DNA of 64,000 nt. Origin: Hormiphora californensis. Its lineage: Eukaryota; Animalia; Ctenophora. The notes under the pieces are model-generated. The model was not told where the DNA came from. It worked only from the letters and a program-made list of their open reading frames with translations, and did not search any database. How positions within the stretch are numbered: the stretch's first letter is position 1; the number at the start of each line of letters is the position of its first letter. The stretch spans positions 5,952,001 to 6,016,000 of the forward strand of contig CM035357.1 of assembly GCA_020137815.1 (NCBI GenBank). Reading direction: 5' to 3'. Position numbers and translations under genes: made by a program. Of this stretch, positions 1 through 24,587 are shown in pieces.

Positions 1-83
1 GTTTACTTTTTAGTATGCTCAGATCTTGAAATGAGAATGACTGTCTTGCTCTGACAGCGGACAGCCATTTCCGCCAACCAATA

Positions 84-3000
84 CAGGGTGTGAACTGCAT
101 GTCGTGTTTGCTAGTCGCGAGCGCGCTTGCGAGACAAGCAAACACGTCAAGGTTCATTAACAAGCATGCTGCTCAGTCATTTTAGATTTAATACACAATG
201 TAAGGATACCATGTAATAGGTGAGACTCTTGCCGTCACCCTCGTTCAAGTCCCGTGAAAAACGGAGCAGTACACGCAAACTGATGCCCATTTTCCTCGCG
301 TGACCCCGATTCAGCAGTTTGAGACACCAACTCTTTAGGGGGCCATATCTCAGGAACCAGACAAGATAGGAAAAATCGCCGTCTAACGAGGCGTACAGTT
401 TTTAATCTAGTTTACCACTGTACCGGCCGTTTCACTCTCCGACCTAAAACAAAAATCGCAACCCCACAAAACTTCAAAATAATGAAATTCGCATCTCGCA
501 TGTCGTGTTGCATGTCGTGTTGCATGTCGTGTCATGTTATTGACGCGCTCGCGTTCAACTCTCACACAGCAGCTGCAGAACATGGCGGGAAACATCGAGG
601 AGTAGAGAGAGAGGGTCGGTGCCGAATCAAATATTTCTTGATCTTGATCTACTCCATCTCTCAGCTATCCTACCCCTCATCAACTCAATCTCTCAGCTAC
701 CCTACCCCTCATCTACTCCATCTTTCAGCTACCCTACCCCTCATCTACTCCATCTTTCAGCTACCCTACCCCTTATCTAGTCCATCTCTCAGCTACCCTA
801 CTCCTCATCTACTCCATCTCTCAGCTTCCCTATTAGGGAAGCATAGAGATGGAAACGATTAGGGGTAGGGAATCCCTATCCATAATCGTTTCCATCTCTA
901 TGCTTCCCTAGCCCTCATCAACTCCATCTTTCAGCTACCCTACCCCTAATCTAGTCCATCTCTCCGCTACCCTACTCCTCATCTACTCCATCTCTCAGCT
1001 ACCCTACCTCCCATTTACTCCATCTCTCAGCTACCCTACCTCCCATTTACTCCATCTCTCAGCTTCCCTACCTCCCATTTACTCCATCTCTCAGCTTACC
1101 TACCTCCCATTTACTCCATATCTCAGCTTCCCTACCTCCCATTTACTCCATCTCTCAGCTTCCCTACCTGCCATTTACTCCATATCTCAGCTTCCCTACC
1201 TCCCATTTACTCCATCTCTCAGCTACCCAACCTCCCATTTACTCCATCTCTCAGCTTCCCTACCTCCCATTTACTCCATCTTTCAGATACCCTACTTCCC
1301 ATTTACTCCATCTCTCAGCTTACCTACCTCCCATTTACTCCATCTCTCAGCTTCCCTACCTCCCATTTACTCCATCTCTCAGCTTCCCTACCTCCCATTT
1401 ACTCCATCTCTCAGCTACCCAACCTCCCATTCACTCCATCTATCAGCTACCCTACCTCCCATTTACTCCATCTCTCAGCTTCCCTACCTCCCATTTACTC
1501 CATCTCTCAGCTTACCTACCTCCCATTTACTCCATATCTCAGCTTCCCTACCTGCCATTTACTCCATCTTTCAGATACCCTACTTCCCATTTACTCCATC
1601 TCTCAGCTTACCTACCTCCCATTTACTCCATCTCTCAGCTTCCCTACCTCCCATTTACTCCATCTCTCAGCTTCCCTACCTCCCATTTACTCCATCTCTC
1701 AGCTACCCAACCTCCCATTCACTCCATCTATCAGCTACCCTACCTCCCATTTACTCCATCTCTCAGCTTCCCTACCTCCCATTTCCTCCATCTCTCAGCT
1801 TCCCTACCTCCCATTTACTCCATCTCTCAGCTTACCTACCTCCCATTTACTCCATATCTCAGCTTCCCTACCTGCCATTTACTCCATCTTTCAGATACCC
1901 TACCTCCCATTTACTCCATCTCTCAGCTTACCTACCTCCCATTTACTCCATCTCTCAGCTTCCCTACCTGCCATTTACTCCATCCCTCAGTTTCCCTACC
2001 TCCCATTTACTCCATCCCTGCCTCCCATTTACTCCATCTCTCAGCTACCCTACCTCCCATTCACTCCATCTCTCAGCTACCCTACCACCCATTTACTCCA
2101 TCTCTCAGCTTCCCTACCTCCCATTTACTCCACCTCTCAGCTTCCCTACCTCCCATTTACTCCATCTCTCAGCTTCCCTACCTCCCATTTACTCCATCTC
2201 TCAACTTCCCTACCTCCCATTTACTCCATCTCTCAGCTACCCTACCTCCCATTTACTCCATCTCTCAGCTTCCCTACCTCCCATTTACTCCATCTTTCAG
2301 CTTCCCTACCTCCCATTTACTCCATCGCTTACCTTCCCTACCTCCCATTTACTCCATCTCTCAGCTTCCCTACCTCCCATTTACTCCATCTCTCAGCTTC
2401 CCTACCTCCCATTTACTCCATCTCTCATTTATCCTAACATTCCTACCCCTGAGAGATGGAGTAAATGGGAGGTAGGGAAGCTGAGAGATGGAGTAAATGG
2501 GAGGTAGGAAAGCTGAGAGATGGAGTAAATGGGTGGTAGGGCAGCTTCCCTACCTGCCATTTACTCCATCTTTCAGATACCCTACCTCCCATTTACTCCA
2601 TCTCTCAGCTTACCTACCTCCCATTTACTCCATCTCTCAGCTACCCAACCTCCCATTCACTCCATCTATCAGCTACCCTACCTCCCATTTACTCCATCCC
2701 TGCCTCCCATTTACTCCATCTCTCAGCTACCCTACCTCCCATTCACTCCATCTCTCAGCTACCCTACCACCCATATACTCCATCTCTCAGCTTCCCTACC
2801 TCCCATTTACTCCATCTCTCAGCTTCCCTACCTCCCATTTACTCCATCTCTCAGCTTCCCTACCTCCCATTTACTCCATCTCTCAACTTCCCTACCTCCC
2901 ATTTACTCCATCTCTCAGCTACCCTACCTCCCATTTACTCCATCTCTCAGCTTCCCTACCTCCCATTTACTCCATCTTTCAGCTTCCCTACCTCCCATTT

Positions 3001-5419
3001 ACTCCATCGCTTACCTTCCCTACCTCCCATTTACTCCATCTCTCAGCTTCCCTACCTCCCATTTACTCCATCTCTCAGCTTCCCTACCTCCCATTTACTC
3101 CATCTCTCATTTATCCTAACATTCCTACCCCTGAGAGATGGAGTAAATGGGAGGTAGGGAAGCTGAGAGATGGAGTAAATGGGAGGTAGGGAAGCTGAGA
3201 GATGGAGTAAATGGGAGGTAGGAAAGCTGAGAGATGGAGTAAATGGGTGGTAGGGTAGCTGAGAGATAGAGTAAATGGGAGGTAGGGAAGCTGAGGGATG
3301 GAGTAAATGGGAGGTAGGGAAGCTGAGAGATGGAGTAAATGGGAGGTAGGGTAGCGGAGAGATGGAGTAAATGGGAGGTAGGGAAGCTGAGAGATGGAGT
3401 AAATGGAAGGTAAGGTAGCTGAGAGATGGAGTAAATGGGAGGTAGGGAAGCTGAGAGATGGAGTAAATGGGAGGTAGGGTAGCTGAGAGATGGAGTAAAT
3501 GGGAGGTAGGGAAGCTGAGAGATGGAGTAAATGGGAGGTAGGGTAGCTGAGAGATGGAGTAAATGAGAGGTAGGGAAGCTGAGAAATGGAGTAAATGGGA
3601 GGTAGGGTAGCTGAGAGATGGAGTAAATGGGAGGTAGGGAAGCTGAGGGATGGAGTAAATGGGAGGTAGGGAAGCTGAGAGATGGAGTAAATGGGAGGTA
3701 GGGAAGCTGAGAGATGGAGTAAATGGGAGGTAGGTAAGCTGAGAGATGGAGTAAATGGGAGGTAGGGTATCTGAGAGATGGAGTAAATGGCAGGTAGGGA
3801 AGCTGAGATATGGAGTAAATGGGAGGTAGGAAAGCTGAGAGATGGAGTAAATGGGTGGTAGGGTAGCTGAGAGATGGAGTAAATGGGAGGTAGGGTAGCT
3901 GAGAGATGGAGTAAATGGGAGGTAGGGAAGCTGAGAGATGGAGTAAATGGGAGGAAGGGAAGCTGAGAGATGGAGTAAATGGAAGGTAAGGTAGCTGAGA
4001 GATGGAGTAAATGGGAGGTAGGGAAGCTGAGAGATGGAGTAAATGGGAGGTAGGGTAGCTGAGAGATGGAGTAAATGGGAGGTAGGGAAGCTGAGAGATG
4101 GAGTAAATGGGAGGTAGGGTAGCTGAGAGATGGAGTACTAAATGAGAGGTAGGGAAGCTGAGAAATGGAGTAAATGGGAGGTAGGGAAGCTGAGAGATGG
4201 AGTAAATGGGAGGTAGGGTAGCTGAGAGATGGAGTACTAAATGAGAGGTAGGGAAGCTGAGAAATGGAGTAAATGGGAGGTAGGGAAGCTGAGAGATGGA
4301 TCAAATGGGAGGTAGGGTAGCTGAGGGATGGAGTAAATGGGAGGTAGGGAAGCTGAGAGATGGAGTAAATGGGAGGTAGGGTAGCTGAGAGATGGAGTAA
4401 ATGGGAGGTAGGGAAGCTGAGAGATGGAGTAAATGGGAGGTAGGGTAGCTGAGAGATGGAGTAAGTAAATGAGAGGTAGGGAAGCTGAGAAATGGAGTAA
4501 ATGGGAGGTAGGGAAGCTGAGAGATGGATCAAATGGGAGGTAGGGTAGCTGAGGGATGGAGTAGATTAGGGGTAGGGTAGCTGAAAGTTGATGAGGGCTA
4601 GGGAAGCACAGAGATGGAAACGATTATGGATAGGGATTCCCTACCCCTAATCGTTTCCATCTCTATGCTTCCCTAATAGGGAAGCTGAGAGATGGAGTAG
4701 TTGAGGAGTAGGGTAGCTGAGAGATGGACTAGATAAGGGGTAGGGTAGCTGAAAGATGGAGTAGATGAGGGGTAGGGTAGCTGAAAGATGGAGTAGATGA
4801 GGGGTAGGGTAGCTGAGAGATCGAGTTGATGAGGGGTAGGATAGCTGAGAGATGGAGTAGATCAAGATCAAGAAATATTTGATTCGGCACCGACCCTCTA
4901 CTCCTCGATGTTTCCCGCCATGTTCTGCAGCTGCTGTGTGAGAGTTGAACGCGAGCGCGTCAATAACATGACACGACATGCAACACGACATGCAAAACGA
5001 CATGCGAGATGCGAATTTCATTATTTTGAAGTTTTGTGGGGTTGCGATTTTTGTTTTAGGTCGGAGAGTGAAACGGCCGGTACAGTGGTAAACTAGATTA
5101 AAAACTGTACGCCTCGTTAGACGGTGATTTTTCCTATCTTGTCTGGTTCCTGAGATATGGCCCCCTAAAGAGTTGGTGTCTCAAACTGCTGAATCGGGGT
5201 CACGCGAGGAAAATGGGCATCAGTTTGCGTGTACTGCTCCGTTTTTCACGGGACTTGAACGAGGGTGACGGCAAGAGTCTCACCTATTACATGGTATCCT
5301 TACATTGTGTATTAAATCTAAAATGACTGAGCAGCATGCTTGTTAATGAACCTTGACGTGTTTGCTTGTCTCGCAAGCGCGCTCGCGACTAGCAAACACG
5401 ACATGCAGTTCACAACCTG
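84..5419. mobile_element. 5.3 kb non-autonomous foldback element with Tc1/mariner-like CAGGGTG terminus; long inverted arms around an inverted 32-bp minisatellite
   Basis: 84..~950 is the near-perfect reverse complement of ~4560..5419. Left end ta|CAGGGTGTGAACTG, right end CAGTTCACAACCTG|caata. No transposase ORF. Confidence 0.85.
990..4560. repeat. 32-bp minisatellite (CCTACCTCCCATTTACTCCATCTCTCAGCTTC)n; C/T-rich orientation to ~3110, G/A-rich orientation from ~3130
   Basis: Period of 32 read directly (e.g. 1131 to 1163). The 32-aa periodic ORFs are a by-product. Confidence 0.95.
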
Positions 5420-5928
5420 CAATAGTGTAGCTCGCACCAGACAAATCCTACATTCGCTCTGCTCAGAAATCTATAAAGTGAGACCATCGGGACCGGGAAC
5501 AACCACAGAGCGAGTGTCTTGGTGTCTTGGCGCGAGCTATACAATAACAAATCAATAAACTCAGTTCTTTTTCAGTGTGAAGATTTGATTCTGAAAATGA
5601 TACAGCTTTAAAAATCTACACAAACAGGTAAAACATTCTCCTATACAACAACACGCAATCTCCTAAATGCGGTCTGGCGTCGCAAGATTCTATCTGTCTG
5701 AGCACGTGACAGTGTGCTCAGATCGGGTCGACGCCGCCAGGCAGCCTAAATGACTAAATTATTACCTAAAATATTATATAATTTGACAAGATAAAATCTT
5801 CTTCTTTCTCAATATCATCTCTTTCTCAACTTGCCAGGCATCTTCTGACAACATCTGCAACTCAAAAAACATTAAAACACCTTCAAATCACAGCTTATCA
5901 ACATCTAAAACTAAACACTTCATATTGT

Positions 5929-17601
<11,673 letters not shown>

Positions 17602-18437
17602 GACGGCACAAGAACAACAAATAAAAAGTGAGCTGATAACAACAATATACCCTCCTTAGCAGTGATGAGAACAAAGGATGGGGGGGTATAAACAACAACA
17701 ACAATGTGCCAACAATGTACGTGTTTGGATGATATATTGTGACGTAATTCTACAAATAACGACCATGATCAGCGTCATACTTACACAAATCAAAATCGTC
17801 CAGTAATTCAATTTTCCGGTTGGGAACAGGACTATTTGATACTGACATGCTTTCTATTATACATCAACGAGAAAAGTCAGTTGGAGATAGATCGGAAACC
17901 AAAAGAGAAAGTAACACAAAAGTAATCTTGTATCTGTTATCACAAGCTTTCAAAGATCTCCCCCATCTCCTTTCCTGCATGCAGTGTACACTTTTTTTGG
18001 TACAACCCTGTAACTCTAGGATCACGGCAATTAAAATTATGTACTGTCTGTGTAGAGCAGGAGGTATATACCCTAATGCTTGGGTGTAGGTAAAGAGGCG
18101 GCAAGGGAGTGCTTCTCTCTTTCTTTGCAAAGTATCTTTCTATCTCTCTCTAGCCAGAGTGTCCCTCTCTCTATCTATCTATCTCTCTTCAAAGTGTCTC
18201 GGGTTTCCTTTGCTGATATGTGCAGAGACGTTGTAATTGCACACTGTGCATTTGTACAAAACTAGAGGAACAAAAAAGAATAGAATAGAAAATGCTCCTG
18301 CTTTAACATTTTGCCATATTCGGAGAAGACTTTGTTGCAGAGAATTTCTAGAAGCTTTGCAAACTTGAATCGAGGAAGAGCGAAATGAATTAAAGGTGTG
18401 CCTTCAGTCACTGACCGGCGGTCAGGGTTTCAATAGC

Positions 18438-18528
<91 letters not shown>

Positions 18529-18573
18529 AGAGAGAGAGAAGAGTAGAAGAAGAGAGAGAGAGAGAGGGGAGAG

Positions 18574-18611
<38 letters not shown>

Positions 18612-18801
18612 AACAGAAAAAAGAGAGAATAAAAAATCACAGGTGTTCTCTTGAAAAGATCGTGACCTAGCTAGAGAACCCAATTGCATTTCCACGAATA
18701 TTAATAACATAAAAGGGAGTCCTAAATAAGATGAAAAAAGTCATATGACTGGGACCCGAGCAAAAAATATATTCGCATTCAACTACTCAGAACCCTCCAC
18801 C

Positions 18802-18854
18802 TTGCCTTGTACGACCCTGTTTCCCAAATGTAAAGGAGGGTTAGAACATAGCAA
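18802..18854 (-). mobile_element. 53-bp TTG...CAA mini-transposon, 8-bp TSD CCTCCACC
   Basis: cctccacc|TTGCCTTGTACGACCC...GGGTTAGAACATAGCAA|cctccacc (reverse orientation). Confidence 0.85.
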
Positions 18855-19129
18855 CCTCCACCATAAACAACGCTAACTTCATAGTGCTTGGCAAAGTGAT
18901 GGTTAAATTTATGAGATACTTTCTTGGACCCCAAAACTAACAAAGTAGAAGATTCGCGAAATTTCTCGGAATGGAACTGGCACTGTCAGTTTACTTTAAG
19001 CGGGCAGTGTCAGACAACTTAAGTGGGCAGTGGAAGTAGAAGGGCCAACTCTTTAGCTTTACAAGGCCCGACCTTGAAGGTCGGTTAACTCTCTAAATCT
19101 CAAACTAAAAACTCGGTCGTTAGTCATAT

Positions 19130-19928
19130 TAGTAGAGTCGATAACTACATCGACCTCTCCCAATTTTTCCAGTTTTTGTCACATCTGTTTGGAGCCTCGA
19201 CACGACCTCTAAACAGGTGTTACTTTTTCACAAACTGTTTTCATCTTGGTGTAATCAGCAGTTGAAATGTTGCTAATCATAACAAAAACCTGACTAAATT
19301 TTTTCAACTTGGGGTAAAACCATGGGTGTCAAAAGTTAGCTCTAAGTCCCCTGAGTAACCATCCGGAGACTCTAAGAGATATTTCAAGCCGTTCTCCTGT
19401 AATCATTAATCCCGGTAGAGCACATATTTGAGTATGGACGTACGTGCAATTGCCTACAACCTCAACTTTAATGTATAACGTTAATGTGCGTCTCTCTCTT
19501 TTCTCCCCCTTGAGAAAGAGTTATCTCGCGCGGCGCAACCGCACGTGCGGTTTTTCCAGAGAGAGTGAGAGACATACAATAACATGTAAACAGCCTGCCA
19601 GCGCTCACGTACGTCCGCATTGTATTTTTTCTCCACCGGGATTAATGATTACGGGAGAACGGCTTGAAATATCTCTTAGAGTCTCCGGATGGTTACTCAG
19701 GGGTCAGGGGACCTAGAGCTAACTTTTGACACCCATGGTTTTACCCCAAGTTGAAAAAATTTAGTCAGGTTTTTGTTATGATTAGCAACATTTCAACTGC
19801 TGATTACACCAAGATGAAAACAGTTTGTGAAAAAGTAACACCTGTTTAGAGGTCGTGTCGAGGATCCAAACAGATGTGACAAAAACTGGAACAATTGGGA
19901 GAGGTCGATGTAGTTATCGACTCTACTA
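19130..19928. mobile_element. ~800-bp MITE with ~285-bp TIRs, TAG...CTA termini and 3-bp TSD (TAT); Academ-like
   Basis: tat|TAGTAGAGTCGATAAC...GTTATCGACTCTACTA|tat; arms nearly identical. Superfamily is inferred from termini and TSD only. Confidence 0.8.
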
Positions 19929-21571
19929 TATCTTTCACTTTTCAGTTTTCACTTTCAGGCCCAAATCCTGTTCAGCCTCAATCTTTCAATTGACAATTCT
20001 TATCTCCTAGTTCACTATCGCAACGGTAAACATTAACATTTAACTCCCGATCTATAGATACTTCTAGCACATCTTCTTCAAAGAAATCTCTCCTAATTCT
20101 CAGAACTACTCACTTCACACACACTACACACTTTGATTACACGCTAAAGAAAGCACAGGGGACACAGAAAACATCAACAAAACGAGCAAGTGAGCAATGT
20201 GTGAGATTTGTGTGTGACAACAACACACACCACACTTCGTATGTGAGTGTGCGCGCGATCTCTTCCAAATGGCGTGACATCGCGCGCTACGTACATAACA
20301 GAATCTCAGTAGACCCCGTGATCTATAACCAGATACTGCAGCAGCACTGATCTCTCTCTGGACTCGGAATCCAGCCAACACATCACACACGCGTTACACA
20401 TGCCCACGTGGGAATACTCAGCAACAAAAAGGGATGGTGTGGAGAATGGGTGTGATATCTGCACTGGGAAGTACACACATTGGTATAGGAAAACACTGGC
20501 GGAAAATGCTAATATAGCCACACCAAAACAAACACACATGTGTTCTCTCTCACACACTCTCTCTATCTTAATATGTATCTCTCTCTCTCCCTCTCTCTTT
20601 CTTACCCAGGGAGCTGGCTTGAAGATTAGTGGAGGCTGTATTCCGTTCTTTTCCACGTTCCATTTTCAGTCTTCTAACTGCATCAAAATCAGGCTGCAGC
20701 AACTCCCTGAAAGAGGCACTGTTGATTATCGAAGTTTCAAAGACACGAAGCTGGGGCTCAGTTTAGAATGGGTGTGAAACATCATGTTAGATTGAAATAT
20801 GTTAGATGGAAACATGTTAGATCAACATGTGGGAACATAATAGGGGATATTAAGCAGGAAGCTGCCTAACATGAACACTACCGTTTTCTGCTTGGTTTAC
20901 GGAATTCAGTCGTTATGCAATCCATAGTAATCTGTGCTTGCCAAGAAGTGTATTGCTAATAGCGGTAGTCCGCACTAAGTGTTTCTTATCAAAAGTAATT
21001 TAATCAATGAAAATAGGAAGGATGTTTTCATGTAAGAACGAGTTACGTGACTACGTGCAAGCAAAGAAAAGGGGGCGTCAAAGTGAAGGAAGAATATATT
21101 GCCTCATTTTAGTACACACCAGCAATAATATCCCTCTCTATTTTTGTATCTTTCTCTCTCTCTCTCTTTCTCTCTCTCTCTATAATCTCTCTATTTTTCT
21201 AGTTCTCTCTCTTGTTATCTCTCTCTATCGTCTATTCTTAGTCTATTTCTCACTCTACCATTTTATTGCCACGCATCCTCAAGTTGCTATGTATAGTGTA
21301 TTTTTTTTTGGGGGGAGGGGATGGCAACCTTTGCGCTTGCCAGCGCAATGATATACCTAGTTTGTACTAACACTTTCAATCCAATTTGTCGGTCCTCTGG
21401 ATAAACGTCTAGATTGGGACCAAAAAAGGCAACCAAAATAGGACAATGCAAGTATCAATGCACATGTCTAATCAAACATCCATTATGACGCTCATTGCAT
21501 AACTTATCCCCGTGATTATATACGTAAAATAAACAATATGATCATGACCTAATTACAATGATACGGATCCT

Positions 21572-21670
21572 GGTAACTAAGGGCAACTAAGAAGGGTAAA
21601 TATGAGGGGTAACTGAGGGGTAACTAAGGGGTAACTAAGGGGTAACTAAGGGGTAACTAGGGAGGTAACT
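21572..21670. repeat. (GGGGTAACTAA)n 11-bp tandem repeat
   Basis: Seen directly. Confidence 0.85.
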
Positions 21671-22002
21671 TACTCATTTAATAGAGGAGATGTAGAATTA
21701 GTGTCTCCGTTATCAGTATTTAGTTCCATTTGTTTTCTCCTAAAATCACCGTTCACATGGTTCGGACTACGGACCATGCTAGTGTTAGTTAATTAATTAG
21801 ATTTTAATTTCACTAAATAATTGGTGACAATAATTGGGAAGGGATATACATATGTCCAGGAGTGAGAAAATAATTCGAGATACCTGACGTATGAGAACTA
21901 ACAGTTGCGAACAGTTCCCAGGGAACTGAAAGCTACAAGAACAGCTGGTATAGACCCAAAGAAACGGCAGGTCAGTGGAATTTAAGACATCTGATGAAGC
22001 AA

Positions 22003-22106
<104 letters not shown>

Positions 22107-22128
22107 CCTCTCTCTCTCTCTCTCCTCA

Positions 22129-22194
<66 letters not shown>

Positions 22195-23449
22195 TCCTCC
22201 GTCCCTCCCTCCCTATTTTCACGGTCAGGTGATTGCAATAACCCCTAGTCACGGGTAAACTTGAGTCGCCTGACACTATGAATGCAAGGGTAAACGCAGT
22301 AGAACTGCAGGAACTGAGACTTCTGACTAGGATCTATATCACGCCTTGCAGCAGCTATATCACGCCTGATATAGGAAGCATGCTCCATGTCTATAACATT
22401 GGGAAACTAGCCGAACTGGTATTGAGAAGGGTGTCATAGCAAGTGTAAGGAAGTGCTCTCATACTGATAACTTAAAATGTAAGTTGTAAAACGCACTCGG
22501 ATAATTATAGAAAATCTAAAGCCGGTTCATGCATACAGCAGCATATATGATCTTAACTTAAAGAGTCAACCGCAGCAGACTTAGCCATTAATAAAGTGAA
22601 CATAAATTGCCTGAAGCGTACACTCAGTAATACTATTCTCTCCTCACTTTTATCTCTCTATATAATGAATCTCATTTAATTTTCCTCGGCTACTAAACCG
22701 AAGAAATATAATGCAATATAATGTTAGACCGAGTGCTGCAGTCTAAATAATAAACGCATAAATAGCTGTGTCTTTGAGACGGTATAATATTGTGGCAGTA
22801 TGATAAATTCATGCCAAGAGTTATTTCTGTTTTTGTTCTGTATTTTCTCTCTTTATATTTACACACATGAACTGCCTCTGTGCGTGTTGTAAATATATTA
22901 TTCCTTTTTTTGCGTGACGTGTGTAAAGAAATGTTAGTCAGCGAGTGTGTGACATTATTGTGTGTTTCTACAGTCCAGTTGAGAAGCACTATTCCAGTGT
23001 AAATCGGAAGGAAGAGAGAGAGAGAGAGAGAGAGAGAATAGATAGAGAATAGAGAGAGAGAGAGATGATGAGAGAGAGATGAGAGAGAGAGAGATGGGAA
23101 GATAGAGAGACGAGAAGTAGAAAATGAGAGAAGAGAGAGAAGAGAGGAGAGAGAGAGAGAGAATGAAAGATTGCTAAGAATTTAAAAAATGAAGCTACAT
23201 AATGTTACTATCTGCTTCATTATTCTTCAAAGAGAAGTTGAATAAAGAAGGAGTCCAGTCTCTAATTATAGTTTTATTGCTCTTCTGTCCTTCCTTTTTC
23301 TTTTTCTTTCCTCTCAAATATCTACTTTCTTTTTTGTTGTTTCTACTCAACTTCTTGCGTAATTGCGGTTTACTAGATATCGGAAAGAATTTAAAAGAGA
23401 GAAAGTAAACTTTGGTGATTGTACAACGTCATACAGTAATGGTTACATA

Positions 23450-23550
23450 ACGGAAAGAAGGTAAAAAGGAAGAGAGAAGGATAAAAAGGAAGAGCGAAGG
23501 ATAAAAAGGAAGAGAGAAGGATAAAAAGGAAGAGAGAAGGATAAAAAGAA
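23450..23550. repeat. 20-bp purine-rich tandem repeat (AAGGATAAAAAGGAAGAGAG)
   Basis: About 4-5 copies seen directly. Confidence 0.85.
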
Positions 23551-23950
23551 GACATTAGCCAGGATAGATTGGAGAGAGACAGCAGCTATATACGGTCTGT
23601 CGGTCTATGCAAGAGTATATAATAGTTGTGTAGACAGAAAAGAGAGCCCTCTCCAGCCTTTTAGTGTCCTCGTGAACACCAGAGGGATAGATGTTACAGC
23701 ATATAGCATAGTACTCATAACCTCTCGCCAGCATCGGATCGGCACGGGAGAATTCTCATTTTCCCATCATTGATCACTGTTAACAACAACATTGCACAAC
23801 ACAAGCGTGCGAGATGAATACGATAAGGGGATAAAGACACATGCGGGAGAGAGAATACTCAGGTTTTGTAATATAGTGAGAAAGCTCAAAGTATAATATG
23901 TACAATGAGCATCTTCAAAAACAGTAGAATACACACACACTTGAGACACA

Positions 23951-24140
23951 GAACGAGCTGTTTTCTATAAATTGTTGGTGTTACTAATCATAATTCTTAG
24001 AACCTTGTGTATCATTTTTTTGTGCTCGTGAGCAAAATAGGTATAAGTGAGTAAAGATATGCTAGTTCGGTGTATTATTGATCGAACCCCCAGTGGTCAG
24101 TACTCTATTGTCTATAATTTTTGTTCAAAACAGCTCGTTC
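23951..24140. mobile_element. Possible ~190-bp MITE
   Basis: 14-bp inverted repeat GAACGAGCTGTTTT...AAAACAGCTCGTTC; no clear TSD. Confidence 0.4.
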
Positions 24141-24587
24141 ATCTGTCCATAATAATAAAACACAAGTTGCAAAATCCACACATACACTATCTTCCAAAAC
24201 CAGACTGTAATACATTCTAAAGTGATACAACATATATTGTGTAGATCATTTACTTTTCTCTCAAACTCTATCAACTACTAAATAACGGGATGCGTAATAA
24301 TACGGGATAATCAATGTCTTTTAATATACTTGAACAATAATTACAAGATTCTCTTTGTGTCAAAAATGACTATTTTTTACCCTGTACTCTTTCATTCTTT
24401 CTCTTTCTTTCCAATCATATCCAATTCTCAACTCTCTTGATTTCATCGCTCTCATCTCGCTCGCACAAACGCCCAGGTAACATCAAAAACACACGCCCAC
24501 GCAAAGATAATACCAATGTTAGTATAAGTAACCCTTCCAATTAATTAATTGATCCGATTAATTAATTAATTGATCTAATTAACTCAA

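Noticed and set aside
2497-4532. Long ORFs (196-473 aa) with 32-aa periodicity
   Set aside because: Translations of the stop-free 32-bp minisatellite; no evidence of coding function.
990-4560. CRISPR-like regular repeats
   Set aside because: Units are head-to-tail with no unique spacers, there are no cas genes, and the context is eukaryotic.
21674-21729. Candidate upstream first exon of PFKFB (tttag|gagaaaacaaATG MELNTDNGDTNSTSPLLN, GTAAG donor)
   Set aside because: It ends in phase 2 while the 17152 exon needs phase 1, and I found no bridging exon.
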